Below the pieces are notes generated by a model. The model searched no databases, was not told the origin of the DNA, and saw only the letters and a list, made by a program, of their open reading frames with translations. From assembly GCA_964351225.1 (NCBI GenBank), contig CAYGNG010000007.1, positions 2,590 to 66,589 of the forward strand: a DNA stretch of 64,000 bases. The letters run 5' to 3'. Below are positions 1-9,378 of this stretch, one piece after another. The DNA is from an uncultured Gammaproteobacteria bacterium. Its GTDB lineage: Bacteria; Pseudomonadota; Gammaproteobacteria; CAYGNG01. Made by a program: the position numbers and the translations under genes. The first letter of the stretch is position 1. Each line of letters starts with the position of its first letter.

Positions 1-929
1 TCCTCCTTTGCCCGCTTGTCGAAGTAATTCTTATTCTCAATGAAATTACTGCTGTAACGCGCGTGAAATAAGGCCTGTCCATAGAGCGTAAGTTTACTTC
101 GCAGCTTGCACTTTTCATCCGACACGGGAATCAAGGGTTGATTTCCATAGTAATCAAAAAAAACAATTGCCCGATACACCGCGTTAAATTTTTTCATGAG
201 CGATGGATCATTCATGGTTTTTTTAGCTTCTTTGATGAAGTTCTCGTAGCCTTGATATTCCTCGCCAAGTATCGACTTTAGTTTATTCAACCCCTGGGCA
301 GAATAAAATAAATTTCCAAGAAGGGTAGTCAATTCACGGATATTTTCTGTGCTTGGGGTATTTGGATAGTTTTCTTTATATGTGGTGCAACAAACAGTCC
401 CTTGGTCAAACATTTTGTCATTATATATGCTATTAATGAGTCCTGGTAAACGAGCAATCTCTGACTCAGCAAACCTTTCCAATTGATCCGCCATTGCTTT
501 TTCATCCGCCATCTTGACGGTTGGCTCGATCCCAAGCGCTGAAAATAATTCCTTGCCATCGAAGTAGGCTCTGGCTTTTATCATGGGATTAAGTTCGTTA
601 TTCAGAATAATGTTACAGATAGCCTGGTTAAGCGTTGTGACTCCCGTCGTGACCTCTAAATTCAACAGCTCGCGCTTAAGCCATTTACTTTCATTTGTTT
701 TGTCGTTAAGGTAGGAGACAACAGCGGTAACCGAATCATGAAAATTTTCGTAAATATGCCCATCGCTCCCGCGCGTTGTTGATTTATGAAGCTGATCCAA
801 TGAATCCATAAGCTTGTTAAAAAGGTCCCGCTCTAGATCAGTGGGATTACTTGCCCCTTCTTCTGGGTTGTTGATGACTTGTTTCTTGCCCCATTTTTGA
901 TTTCTTTTACTTTTACTATACATAAACAT
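1..929 (-). CDS. Hypothetical protein, runs off the window's left edge (at least 309 aa); candidate Dot/Icm-type effector
   Basis: Manual translation from ATG at 929 (or 923), MFMYSKSKRNQKWGKKQ..., stays open to position 1. Absent from the ORF track because there is no stop in the window. A PmrA-like box lies upstream. Confidence 0.8.
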   Translation of the reverse strand, partial: MFMYSKSKRNQKWGKKQVINNPEEGASNPTDLERDLFNKLMDSLDQLHKSTTRGSDGHIYENFHDSVTAVVSYLNDKTNESKWLKRELLNLEVTTGVTTLNQAICNIILNNELNPMIKARAYFDGKELFSALGIEPTVKMADEKAMADQLERFAESEIARLPGLINSIYNDKMFDQGTVCCTTYKENYPNTPSTENIRELTTLLGNLFYSAQGLNKLKSILGEEYQGYENFIKEAKKTMNDPSLMKKFNAVYRAIVFFDYYGNQPLIPVSDEKCKLRSKLTLYGQALFHARYSSNFIENKNYFDKRAKE

Positions 930-966
930 AATTAAATCGACCTGTTAAAATTGAAAAGACGGGCAC

Positions 967-999
967 AGTCTAACACCAGAACCTTAAGTGGATATTAAT
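967..999 (-). promoter_or_regulatory. PmrA-type direct-repeat box plus -10 element
   Basis: Minus strand aTTAATATc-ca-cTTAAggTT (999-980), then 7 nt, then TAGACT (972-967). Matches the Legionella/Coxiella PmrA element cTTAATatT-N2-cTTAATatT at 7/9 in each half. Confidence 0.6.
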
Positions 1000-1027
1000 T
1001 ATACAAGCTGATTGCGTGATGGGTGGC

Positions 1028-1219
1028 TTAATGAACGGTATGGCGCTCAATCGAGATGATCTCTCTTGCTTCGAGCAGAGAAAGCTCATGGTAAATTTGC
1101 GCGGCAGATAAACCGGTTGCTTGCGAGATGGTGTCTATTAGTGACGGAGTAAGCACCCCGCCAATACCAGGCATAGCAAGCTCAGAATGTACTGTGATAA
1201 TAGTAATCGCTCTATCCAT
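1028..1219 (-). CDS. Small winged-helix protein resembling the DprA C-terminal domain (63 aa)
   Basis: ATG at 1219 follows a GGTGGGGTG RBS-like stretch. IDTISQATGLSAAQIYHELSLLEAREII fits the DprA winged-helix pattern. Confidence 0.5.
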   Translation of the reverse strand: MDRAITIITVHSELAMPGIGGVLTPSLIDTISQATGLSAAQIYHELSLLEAREIISIERHTVH

Positions 1220-1347
1220 AATCACCCCACCGTATTCCGCCCTATGCCGAATATATCGACTTAAAAGACAAAGACTTGAATCGAATAAGAGGAAAATAGT
1301 TGCTACAATGCAACAAAAGCAACGACTCAAAGAAAGTGGGGAAAAAC

Positions 1348-2103
1348 ATGCCAAAAACCTGGGGGTTACAAAATAAATTTGCGCTGATTTTTGGGGTAAA
1401 CCAAGGCGTGAGTATCAGCCTGGTTGAGACATTTTTAAATTTGGGTGCAACGCTTTGGATCGTTGGCAACGATCACACTCGATTAGAGTATCTCATCGAC
1501 TCGGCGCCACCGGAAAAAAAAGATTTTCTGCAAACGACCTATATTGAAACACTCAATAAAAAATCGATTGCTCATTTTTTTGATGAAACCTTTGCATCCA
1601 TCCAGCAAATAGATGTTTTAGTTAATATTACCTCCCTATCGACACGCAAATCCATGTTGGCTTATTCCGTCGATGAGTTAGAAGCAACATTGCAAAAACA
1701 GCTCGTCAATTATTTTGTTATTTGCCAACGCAGCTATCAATATATGCAAAAACCCACACCCAGCAGCATCATTAATCTCTTATCAATCCATGGCGTGCTC
1801 CATGCCGCGGATGCTTCAATCGACGGTATGTTTAAATCTGCCCTGATTAATTTAACCAAATCGTTAGCTTGCGAGTGGGGCAAGCACAACATCCGCGTTA
1901 ACTCCGTGCTCGGTGGTTTAACGCATCATGAAAAAATGGGTGCCGGATCAGCGCAGTGGGTTTCCACCACCATTGCAAAATCGCCGCTGCGGCGATTATG
2001 TGAACCAGAAGAGATAGCTAATGCCGTCAGTTTCTTAGCAATGGATGCGGCTTCTTGCATTACGGGTCACTGCCTCTTAGCTGATGCGGGCATTAACCTT
2101 TGA
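1348..2103 (+). CDS. SDR-family oxidoreductase-like protein with degenerate motifs
   Basis: SDR C-terminus IRVNSV...PLRRLCEPEEIANAVSFLA...ITG...DAG is present. The Gly-rich motif and YxxxK are altered. Start placed at ATG 1348. Confidence 0.8.
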   Translation: MPKTWGLQNKFALIFGVNQGVSISLVETFLNLGATLWIVGNDHTRLEYLIDSAPPEKKDFLQTTYIETLNKKSIAHFFDETFASIQQIDVLVNITSLSTRKSMLAYSVDELEATLQKQLVNYFVICQRSYQYMQKPTPSSIINLLSIHGVLHAADASIDGMFKSALINLTKSLACEWGKHNIRVNSVLGGLTHHEKMGAGSAQWVSTTIAKSPLRRLCEPEEIANAVSFLAMDAASCITGHCLLADAGINL

Positions 2104-4299
2104 ATGGAGGATTTTCTCGATGATGTCTTGCTGGTTAGGCAACACGGTTTGCCAAGAATCTCCCGTTGGAATAAAACTATCGCAACCGGTGATCCGCTCA
2201 ATTTTAGGAGGCTCAGGTAATCGCTCTAAAATATTGGCGATTAACGCCTCGCTCACACTGCCACTTGAACGCCCCTCATCCACGATTAACACATATTTTT
2301 TATCTTTTATTTTAGGTAATAACGCATCCAAGGGCAGCGGCGCTAACCAATGCAAATCGATCACGGCGACAGAAATTTCATGGTCATTCCGTAAAATTTC
2401 AGCGGCTTGTTGCGACAGATAGCAACCATTGCCATAAGAAATAATAGCAAGTTCATCTGAAGCGCCATGCTGTGTGACCTCACCATAAACCATTTCCTCA
2501 TGCAATTCTGGATAGGTACATAACCACCGATTATCTCCTTTATCGAGAAAGTCTTTGGTCATATACAAAGCAATGGGTTCTAAAAACAAAACAATGCGCT
2601 GCTCAATATACGCCAACCGAACACAGGTTCGTAACAGTTTTACCGCATCGGCACCGTTGCTTGGACACGCAACAATAACGCCTGGCAAATCTCTTAATGC
2701 GGCCGTTGAGTTGTCATTATGAAAATGACCACCGAATCCTTTTTGATAACCTAAGCTCGCTATGCGTACGACCATGGGATTGGTGAATTGTTTATTGGAA
2801 AAAAATGACATTGTCGCTGCTTCACCGCGAATTTGATCTTGAGCATTATGATAATAGGCTAAAAACTGTATCTCTGGTATTGGTAAAAAACCATTATGTG
2901 CCAGGCCAATGGCATGACCGAGAATGGTCTGCTCATCTAAAAGTGTATCAAACACACGCCGCCTGCCAAATCGTGCTTGTAAATCCGCTGTTACGCGATA
3001 AACTCCGCCTTTTTGACCAACATCTTCACCAAAAATAACCATATTCTTATACTGCAGCATGAGATCCGTCAAAGCATAATTAATAAGCTGGCACATATTA
3101 CGAGGTGTATTTAACATTTTAAACTGCGTGCCAAATAACTTTTCTCTCTGTATTTTTTCGGGAATACTCGGGACCGATTTTTGCAACGGGTTAGGAATAA
3201 GACTTGCCATAACCGCTTCGGCCGTTGTCAATTTGGGTTCGAATAAAACCTCATCGGCCAATTGTTTAATGGTGGCTCGCAGTGACTCATATTTGTCGAT
3301 GATTTCTTGCGGTGACAACCACGCTTCATCGACACAAATTCGCGCAGAATGTAATAGTGGATCATTAGCCTCATCGGCTCGAATTGCCTGCTCCGTACGA
3401 TAATGCAACTCAACATCGGACCCGGCATGGCCTAACAAGCGTATGGTTTTCATATGTAAGAACACCGGAATTTTTTTCTTTCTTGCCAAATGGAACGCTT
3501 GATGGGCTGCCCAAACCACATTCGGTAAATGTAAGCCATCGGCAGCGATATAATGAAACAATGCGTGTTTAAATTTGGTTTCGATCCAAGATTTCGGGGT
3601 TGGCACGGAAATGCCCGTGCCATTGTCTTCACAAACAAAAACAATGGGCAAAGGATACTGGGCATGTCGGATCCACTCGGCTGTGTTAAAAGCCCCCAAA
3701 GCGGTACTGTGATTAACTGACGCATCACCAAAACTGCAGATTATCACACTGTCATCCGATAACACCCTATCGATATTAAGCTCTCGTGCCCGTTGAATTG
3801 AAAATGCGGTGGCAACGGCTTTAGGAAGATGCGAAGCAATCGTCGAAGTTTGTGGTGGGATGAGCATTTCCTTTGAACCGAATACTTTATGCCGACCACC
3901 TGAAGCCGGATCTTGTTTTGAAGCAACAAAAGATCGCAGTAAATCGCGTAAGATATTGGGATTGTTATATTTTAAGCTGCGCTGTATAAAAAATGCGGCA
4001 CTTCGGTAATGTAAAAATGACATATCCTGTATACCCGAAGCCAAGGCAATCGCGGCATTGCCTTCATGCCCGCTGCTTCCTATTGTATAAAAGGACTGAC
4101 CGGATTCTTTCAACGCTCTGGCAATAATATCCAGCAACCGGCTTGCCATCTGCGACTCAAAAAGCGATAAAAAAACATCCCTCGATAAGTTCGCTTGTGC
4201 AACCGTTGTTTGACTCGTTGCTGGCGGGAATTTTTCAGCAAGAACCGAGTCAACAAATTGCTTATCGACCACTTCAGCACGATTTAAATTTATGCCCAT
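2077..4299 (-). CDS. Fused alpha/beta E1 component of a 2-oxoacid (probably 2-oxoisovalerate) dehydrogenase, TPP-dependent
   Basis: GHEG, TPP-binding FGDASVN, GHAGSD, and beta-domain FGEDVGQKGGVY, EIQF and GHFHND motifs; 740 aa. Confidence 0.9.
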   Translation of the reverse strand: MGINLNRAEVVDKQFVDSVLAEKFPPATSQTTVAQANLSRDVFLSLFESQMASRLLDIIARALKESGQSFYTIGSSGHEGNAAIALASGIQDMSFLHYRSAAFFIQRSLKYNNPNILRDLLRSFVASKQDPASGGRHKVFGSKEMLIPPQTSTIASHLPKAVATAFSIQRARELNIDRVLSDDSVIICSFGDASVNHSTALGAFNTAEWIRHAQYPLPIVFVCEDNGTGISVPTPKSWIETKFKHALFHYIAADGLHLPNVVWAAHQAFHLARKKKIPVFLHMKTIRLLGHAGSDVELHYRTEQAIRADEANDPLLHSARICVDEAWLSPQEIIDKYESLRATIKQLADEVLFEPKLTTAEAVMASLIPNPLQKSVPSIPEKIQREKLFGTQFKMLNTPRNMCQLINYALTDLMLQYKNMVIFGEDVGQKGGVYRVTADLQARFGRRRVFDTLLDEQTILGHAIGLAHNGFLPIPEIQFLAYYHNAQDQIRGEAATMSFFSNKQFTNPMVVRIASLGYQKGFGGHFHNDNSTAALRDLPGVIVACPSNGADAVKLLRTCVRLAYIEQRIVLFLEPIALYMTKDFLDKGDNRWLCTYPELHEEMVYGEVTQHGASDELAIISYGNGCYLSQQAAEILRNDHEISVAVIDLHWLAPLPLDALLPKIKDKKYVLIVDEGRSSGSVSEALIANILERLPEPPKIERITGCDSFIPTGDSWQTVLPNQQDIIEKILHSKVNARIS

Positions 4300-4802
4300 G
4301 AGGATGAACCAAACAATTCCAATTGCGACGATGAAACTGGTATAGGATGCGGGCTAACACTTGCTCTAATTGCTTCACCCTGAAACTCATCTATTGTTCT
4401 TAGATCGATATATTGACTGCACTTGTTTCTATGCGGCCGTTGCAGTGCTTGAGAGAGTAAAGAAATAACTTGTTGTGTTATTTTATCGCTTAGATACCGA
4501 TCTTGAGTTTGAAAAAAAAGCGGTTCGCGATCAGCAATATGACAAAATATGATTTTAGGGAATTCCAATTTTAGTCTGGTGTAGCTGAGCACACTGTTTG
4601 CCTCTTCTTCTTTGCTCATATCCACAATTAAAATTTCAGATTGATCAATTATTTTTTTTAATTCATCAATCTGTGACGGGTAATAGGTATCTAAAGACAG
4701 TTTTTTTACGACGGCGCCAAGGTTTGAAAAAATTTGTCCCACCCACGATGACCAAGCATAGGTATGGCTTAAATCAAGAACACGATAGAAACTGCTTAAC
4801 AT
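4290..4802 (-). CDS. Miniature, degenerate family III CoA-transferase (CaiB/BaiF)-like protein
   Basis: RVLDLS...LGAVVKK, LSYTRLKLEFPKIIFCHI and SQYIDL occur in the order of the CaiB motifs. Only 170 aa; overlaps the E1 start by 10 nt. Confidence 0.6.
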   Translation of the reverse strand: MLSSFYRVLDLSHTYAWSSWVGQIFSNLGAVVKKLSLDTYYPSQIDELKKIIDQSEILIVDMSKEEEANSVLSYTRLKLEFPKIIFCHIADREPLFFQTQDRYLSDKITQQVISLLSQALQRPHRNKCSQYIDLRTIDEFQGEAIRASVSPHPIPVSSSQLELFGSSSWA

Positions 4803-4924
4803 AGTACTACCCTACTTAATTGCATTTGTGAAATACTGATCACGACCTTTCATTAGAAAAGACGGCTAGTATATACTAAAACGTTTAACGGCTTTAAAAC
4901 TATTTGTAACTCGTTAGCAAAAAC

Positions 4925-6154
4925 ATGAAAATATCATTACCGATCCCTAATTTGTTCAATCGATTGCAAAGCTTGCTGGATCCAATCAAGCCAACACCAC
5001 AATTGATGCAAACTTTACAAATTGGCAATCGTCTTGATGCCATTGTGCTCGGGCAACCAAAACTTGGCGTAACACATTTAGCTATCAATGGCGTTGTTGT
5101 TACCGTTAACTCGGGTATGTTGCAACTCACTCCCGGTCAAGGGCTGCAATTATTAGTGGCTGATCGGCAAGATCCGATTAAGTTGAGGATCTTAACCGAT
5201 TTATCGCAGCCAAACTCCATAAGCCAATTTCTGAAACAAGCATTACCCTTCCAAAATTCTTCATCGTGGTTGCTCACGAACTTATTATACTTGTCACAAA
5301 CACAACATACTAAATCCATGAATTTTGTACCAAGAGAGATTATTGCGCTCTGTCAAAAGCTCTTGCGTCAACTCCCCACGCGCAAATCCGTATCCACCGC
5401 CGATGGCTTAAAAAAAGCCTTGCTAAAAAGTGGTGCTTTTTTTGAAAAGCAATTGTTCTCTTGCCAAGATCCCTTACAACAACAGATAACCTTACGAGAA
5501 GATTTCAAAGCACTACGAATTCAACTTGAAAACGTACTTGAACAATTTCATGACGAATCGACAAGCCCGGAGTTAAAAACTTCCCCAATACGACTGCCAC
5601 AAACGCCACCGCCATTGAAACAAACCATGCCAACCGCACAAGGGCAAGTCGAAGCCACTGTCTTGCTCCTGGAAAAAAATGCAGACGCACTGATTATTGA
5701 ATTACTCGCTCAAGTTAAATCCAGCCTAGCAAGAACCCAGTTAACCCAATTGGCGTCTTTGTCATCTGAAAATCAAATGATACCGCTGTGGCTATTTGAA
5801 TTAGCTGTTAAAGAGCAAGCGCGTATTGATTTATTCCAAATTGAAATAGAACAAAACCGTAAAGAAATCGAGGATCCAGAGCAAAGCGCATGGTCAATCC
5901 GGATGGCATTTGATTTAGCCAATCTTGGCCCTTTGCAGGTCATCATGAAATGTCAGCGGTCGCAAATTTCTGTATTTTTTTTAACGGCTTTGCCCGAAAC
6001 GCGTGAAAAAATCAACCAAGACATTGAACACCTAACGCAATCATTTAAAGCACAGGGACTTCTACTAAAAGATGTGCACTGTGTAATTGGCAATCTTGAT
6101 AGAAAAAACAACCCACCGAGCCCTGATGGAACAATACTCAATGAAAAAGCATAA
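4925..6154 (+). CDS. fliK: Flagellar hook-length control FliK-like protein
   Basis: L..SG.F.E motif and C-terminal WSIRMAFDLANLGPLQV...F..QGL; followed by an FlhB-C-like gene. Confidence 0.75.
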   Translation: MKISLPIPNLFNRLQSLLDPIKPTPQLMQTLQIGNRLDAIVLGQPKLGVTHLAINGVVVTVNSGMLQLTPGQGLQLLVADRQDPIKLRILTDLSQPNSISQFLKQALPFQNSSSWLLTNLLYLSQTQHTKSMNFVPREIIALCQKLLRQLPTRKSVSTADGLKKALLKSGAFFEKQLFSCQDPLQQQITLREDFKALRIQLENVLEQFHDESTSPELKTSPIRLPQTPPPLKQTMPTAQGQVEATVLLLEKNADALIIELLAQVKSSLARTQLTQLASLSSENQMIPLWLFELAVKEQARIDLFQIEIEQNRKEIEDPEQSAWSIRMAFDLANLGPLQVIMKCQRSQISVFFLTALPETREKINQDIEHLTQSFKAQGLLLKDVHCVIGNLDRKNNPPSPDGTILNEKA

Positions 6155-6434
6155 CGACCAATCTGAAATCGCCATCGCCTTGTCTTACGATGGTGAAAAT
6201 GCCCCAATCATCCGTGCAAAAGGTGAGGATGAATGGGCGATGCGTATCGTAGAAATTGCCAAACAGCATAATGTGCTTATTCATCAAGACCCGGTGCTTA
6301 CCAAAATTCTTTCGCAGCTCGCACTTGGTGAAGAAATTCCGGAATTTTTATATGTGAGCATTGCGACTATCATTGCGTTTGCCTACAAGCTGAACAACAA
6401 GTGTCCGCCTCATCGAAAAGATCTATCCTCATAA
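6141..6434 (+). CDS. Stand-alone FlhB C-terminal (EscU/YscU-family) protein
   Basis: AIALSYDGENAPIIRAKG...IPEFLYVSIATIIAFAY; ATG 6141 overlaps the fliK end. Confidence 0.85.
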   Translation: MKKHNDQSEIAIALSYDGENAPIIRAKGEDEWAMRIVEIAKQHNVLIHQDPVLTKILSQLALGEEIPEFLYVSIATIIAFAYKLNNKCPPHRKDLSS

Positions 6435-6545
6435 CTTTTTCCATCACTGTCCACTTGTTGCTGCTCAACATTTACAGCTGGGGCTGCTAAAAATTAAAAT
6501 AGCTGATAGAATGCTCCTTGTTAGTGAAGTTCGGACCCGCATCTT

Positions 6546-7934
6546 ATGTTAATCAATCACACCCCATTCGTAAGCTTTTGCAAACAAGACAGCCCCTTCG
6601 CCAAGCAATTTGAAACAAATCGGGTATTAAATATTGCGACGCTTATTCAGCTGAAAAATTTTACCGAACGTTGCACGAACACAGAGCTGCATTCCGTTAT
6701 CATTAACGCGGAATCATCTCCCGATTGCGATTTTTTAATATTTCATTTTTTATTTCAACTTTTAATAATACTCGAGGAGAAGCCGACCCGCCTCAACGTA
6801 ACCGAGGAACAGGTCGCATTTACACTGAAAAGCAAATTTCAAATGAAGGGTTTTTTTACCCATAAATTTCTTGCGATGACGGCTGGCTTATACAATATCC
6901 AATTACCAGTTCGCCTTCCGATCGCTATCGATGAATATCACATTTTTTTAAAAGAGCTGATGTATCTTGATGATTTTGTTAAAGCATCCCCCACCATTCT
7001 TAACGAGATAACTTTTTTAAACAAATACCTTCACGCAGTTACCGGCTATACAGATATTTTGAGCTATCCGTCTCGGAGTGGGAGCTTACTTATTTGGGGG
7101 CATTCTCTGTCCAAAATCATTCAGGCAACCTGCGATTATATCCATACTTATTCTGAAGAAAAACCGGAACAACAGTGGCTGGTGGACAAAAATCGAGCCA
7201 TGCTTAACGCCTTTAAAAATTCCCTGATGGCGTCTCCCCGCGACAGCAAGCAAGAAACACTTTTTAAAAACCTCAATGAAAAATTTCGAGCCGTTATTGC
7301 GGCTCATTGTGAAGATAGTTGTCTTGCAGAAATCGATCTAACCCCTGGAAATGTTAGAAATCTCACACCGTCACAAGTGGCTTATCGCGCAAATTTACAA
7401 AGCATTCCAACCTTGGTGGGGTTGGCTGATTGCATTGCGCAATATCTTCAAAGATCCAATCCCAACCGAAGCAATTGCAATCCCAACATATTACAACGCG
7501 ATATTACTTTATCTTGGCTGCAAGTTATACTCACGGCGACACCCAACCCCGAGTTTACTGGAACATGGGAAGAACATTTATTTCATCTCATGATGGCTAG
7601 TTGCAACCCAACACTCATGTATAACGACCATCATGGAAGACCTTGCTTGGATAGCTGGCTCGGAAAAACATTTACACGCACCGCCCAAGCGATGATTTGC
7701 AAAACGCGCTTATACTTTTTAAACAACATATTAAACCATGAAATTTCACACCTAGATCCAAATGAGGCAATGGCTCGGTTACACCGCGTTAAAACGAATG
7801 TAATTTTCTGCCGGCATACGAGTTCTTTCTGGGGCGGAGGATTTGGTCGTACAGAACCGCTCTGTATCGCTGACAAAAAAATTGCTAGCATACAAAAAAC
7901 GTCTCATGTTCCCATGCGAAATCAGCGCTCATAA
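6546..7934 (+). CDS. Hypothetical protein (462 aa)
   Basis: Long ATG-started ORF with no recognised domain. Confidence 0.75.
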   Translation: MLINHTPFVSFCKQDSPFAKQFETNRVLNIATLIQLKNFTERCTNTELHSVIINAESSPDCDFLIFHFLFQLLIILEEKPTRLNVTEEQVAFTLKSKFQMKGFFTHKFLAMTAGLYNIQLPVRLPIAIDEYHIFLKELMYLDDFVKASPTILNEITFLNKYLHAVTGYTDILSYPSRSGSLLIWGHSLSKIIQATCDYIHTYSEEKPEQQWLVDKNRAMLNAFKNSLMASPRDSKQETLFKNLNEKFRAVIAAHCEDSCLAEIDLTPGNVRNLTPSQVAYRANLQSIPTLVGLADCIAQYLQRSNPNRSNCNPNILQRDITLSWLQVILTATPNPEFTGTWEEHLFHLMMASCNPTLMYNDHHGRPCLDSWLGKTFTRTAQAMICKTRLYFLNNILNHEISHLDPNEAMARLHRVKTNVIFCRHTSSFWGGGFGRTEPLCIADKKIASIQKTSHVPMRNQRS

Positions 7935-8326
7935 ACAGCAAGATTTGTCGGCGCTTTTTTCTTGTGCAGTTGGCATAACAATTCGGCCTCTGCATGTGTT
8001 ATCCCACAAACTTTTATAACCTCATCAAGACTCGCGCCGATCCGCAACATTTCGGTCGCTTGTTTATAGTAAGCGTTTTGGTTGGTTTCGGTATTCAGCT
8101 TAACCATGTCTTTTTGAGTGACAGCAACATCCGAAAAATGCTTTTCCATCTCGGCAATGCGCTTACTCACATTTGACAAGCTTCGGGTGAATACCCGGAT
8201 CTCCCTTACCAAGAGTTTATTGCTATTCTCCAATTGATTTTGCAAGCGATACAATCGAAATGCCAGCATGACGATGAACATCAAGCTTACTATACTTAAA
8301 GCCAGGTAGGCTGTTTCAGCTATCAC
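7922..8326 (-). CDS. DUF2802-domain membrane-anchored protein
   Basis: N-terminal TM helix, coiled coil, then YKQATEMLRIGASLDEVIKVCGITHAEAELL; typical position after motD. Confidence 0.8.
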   Translation of the reverse strand: MIAETAYLALSIVSLMFIVMLAFRLYRLQNQLENSNKLLVREIRVFTRSLSNVSKRIAEMEKHFSDVAVTQKDMVKLNTETNQNAYYKQATEMLRIGASLDEVIKVCGITHAEAELLCQLHKKKAPTNLAVYER

Positions 8327-9378
8327 TGTCTTACTCCTGTCGCCAAAGGGGGTTGCCCAGCCGTTGTGTCACGAAACGCGGGTTCTTTTTGTGCTGCTGG
8401 TTCCTGATTTTTCTGTTTTTCTGGTAAAAAATCCGCGGGCATTCGATTGTCCCCGGGTTGCAGTCTTAATGTTTTTAAATTTACAGCGATTTGATCATCT
8501 TCTATCGTATTCGTTTTTGATAAATGCCTCCTTGTATAGGGCCTCAGTCTATCGGTCAACTCTTCTGATAGTTCATCATTAAGCGCTATGATTAAAGATA
8601 CTCGCCTATTTTTCTTTCTTCCTTCATCCGTTTCATTGTTTCCAACTGGGTGTAATGCCCCGTATCCTACCGCCGTTAGTCGTGCTGAGTTAACCCCATA
8701 CTCTTCGAGCACGCGAACAACGGCAGCTGAACGAGCTGCAGAGAGTTCCCAATTAGAAGGAAAACCTTCGGTTTTAATAGGAATATTATCTGTGTATCCA
8801 GCGACCGAAATAGGGCCATTGTGCTTTTTTAAAATATCTGCAATCAATTCCAGCAAAGGCATAGCCGCATCTCGGGGATACGCACTAGCACTTGGGAAAA
8901 TGGAACGCATCTCAATTTCCAACCAGTCTTCGGAGCGACGCTCTTCAACTGTCTCAAGTGTGGTTCCAATCACTTGACTAAAGCCCAATGCCTCATTACT
9001 GTTATCCACATTGATGCCACCCGGATCTTCATTGTCTTTATTACCTATTTTGATTTCAAATTTGCCACGTAAATTATCTAATATCTCATCTATAACTTCT
9101 TCAAGCTGATCTTGGCTGTTAATCTTGCTGGCAATATGCTTAGCATGCTCATTAAGCGCAATATCATTCATGATTTTTTTTTCAATGTCTCTGGGATCAA
9201 GCTTATTAACTTCTTTAAAAGGAATATCCAGAACATGGAGCAGTGCTTTATATTTTTCTAAGCTTACATTGGTCACCGCATACATCACAACGAATACAGC
9301 AAACAATAGGGTAATAAAGTCAGCATATGAAACTAACCACCTATGCAAATTACTCTTTGACCCTTTACCTACTATCAT
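8323..9378 (-). CDS. motD: Flagellar stator MotB/MotD
   Basis: RWLVSYADFITLLFAVFVVMYA with the conserved Asp; OmpA-like GYTDN...SNWELSAAR...KNRRV. Confidence 0.93.
   Translation of the reverse strand: MIVGKGSKSNLHRWLVSYADFITLLFAVFVVMYAVTNVSLEKYKALLHVLDIPFKEVNKLDPRDIEKKIMNDIALNEHAKHIASKINSQDQLEEVIDEILDNLRGKFEIKIGNKDNEDPGGINVDNSNEALGFSQVIGTTLETVEERRSEDWLEIEMRSIFPSASAYPRDAAMPLLELIADILKKHNGPISVAGYTDNIPIKTEGFPSNWELSAARSAAVVRVLEEYGVNSARLTAVGYGALHPVGNNETDEGRKKNRRVSLIIALNDELSEELTDRLRPYTRRHLSKTNTIEDDQIAVNLKTLRLQPGDNRMPADFLPEKQKNQEPAAQKEPAFRDTTAGQPPLATGVRQ

Noticed and set aside
329-559. 76-aa track ORF on the minus strand
   Set aside because: It is an out-of-frame shadow inside the longer ORF running from 929 to the window edge.
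6480-6512. Possible PmrA half-site (TTAAAAT) and TAGAAT upstream of the 462-aa orphan
   Set aside because: Only one weak half-site; no TTAA-N7-TTAA repeat.
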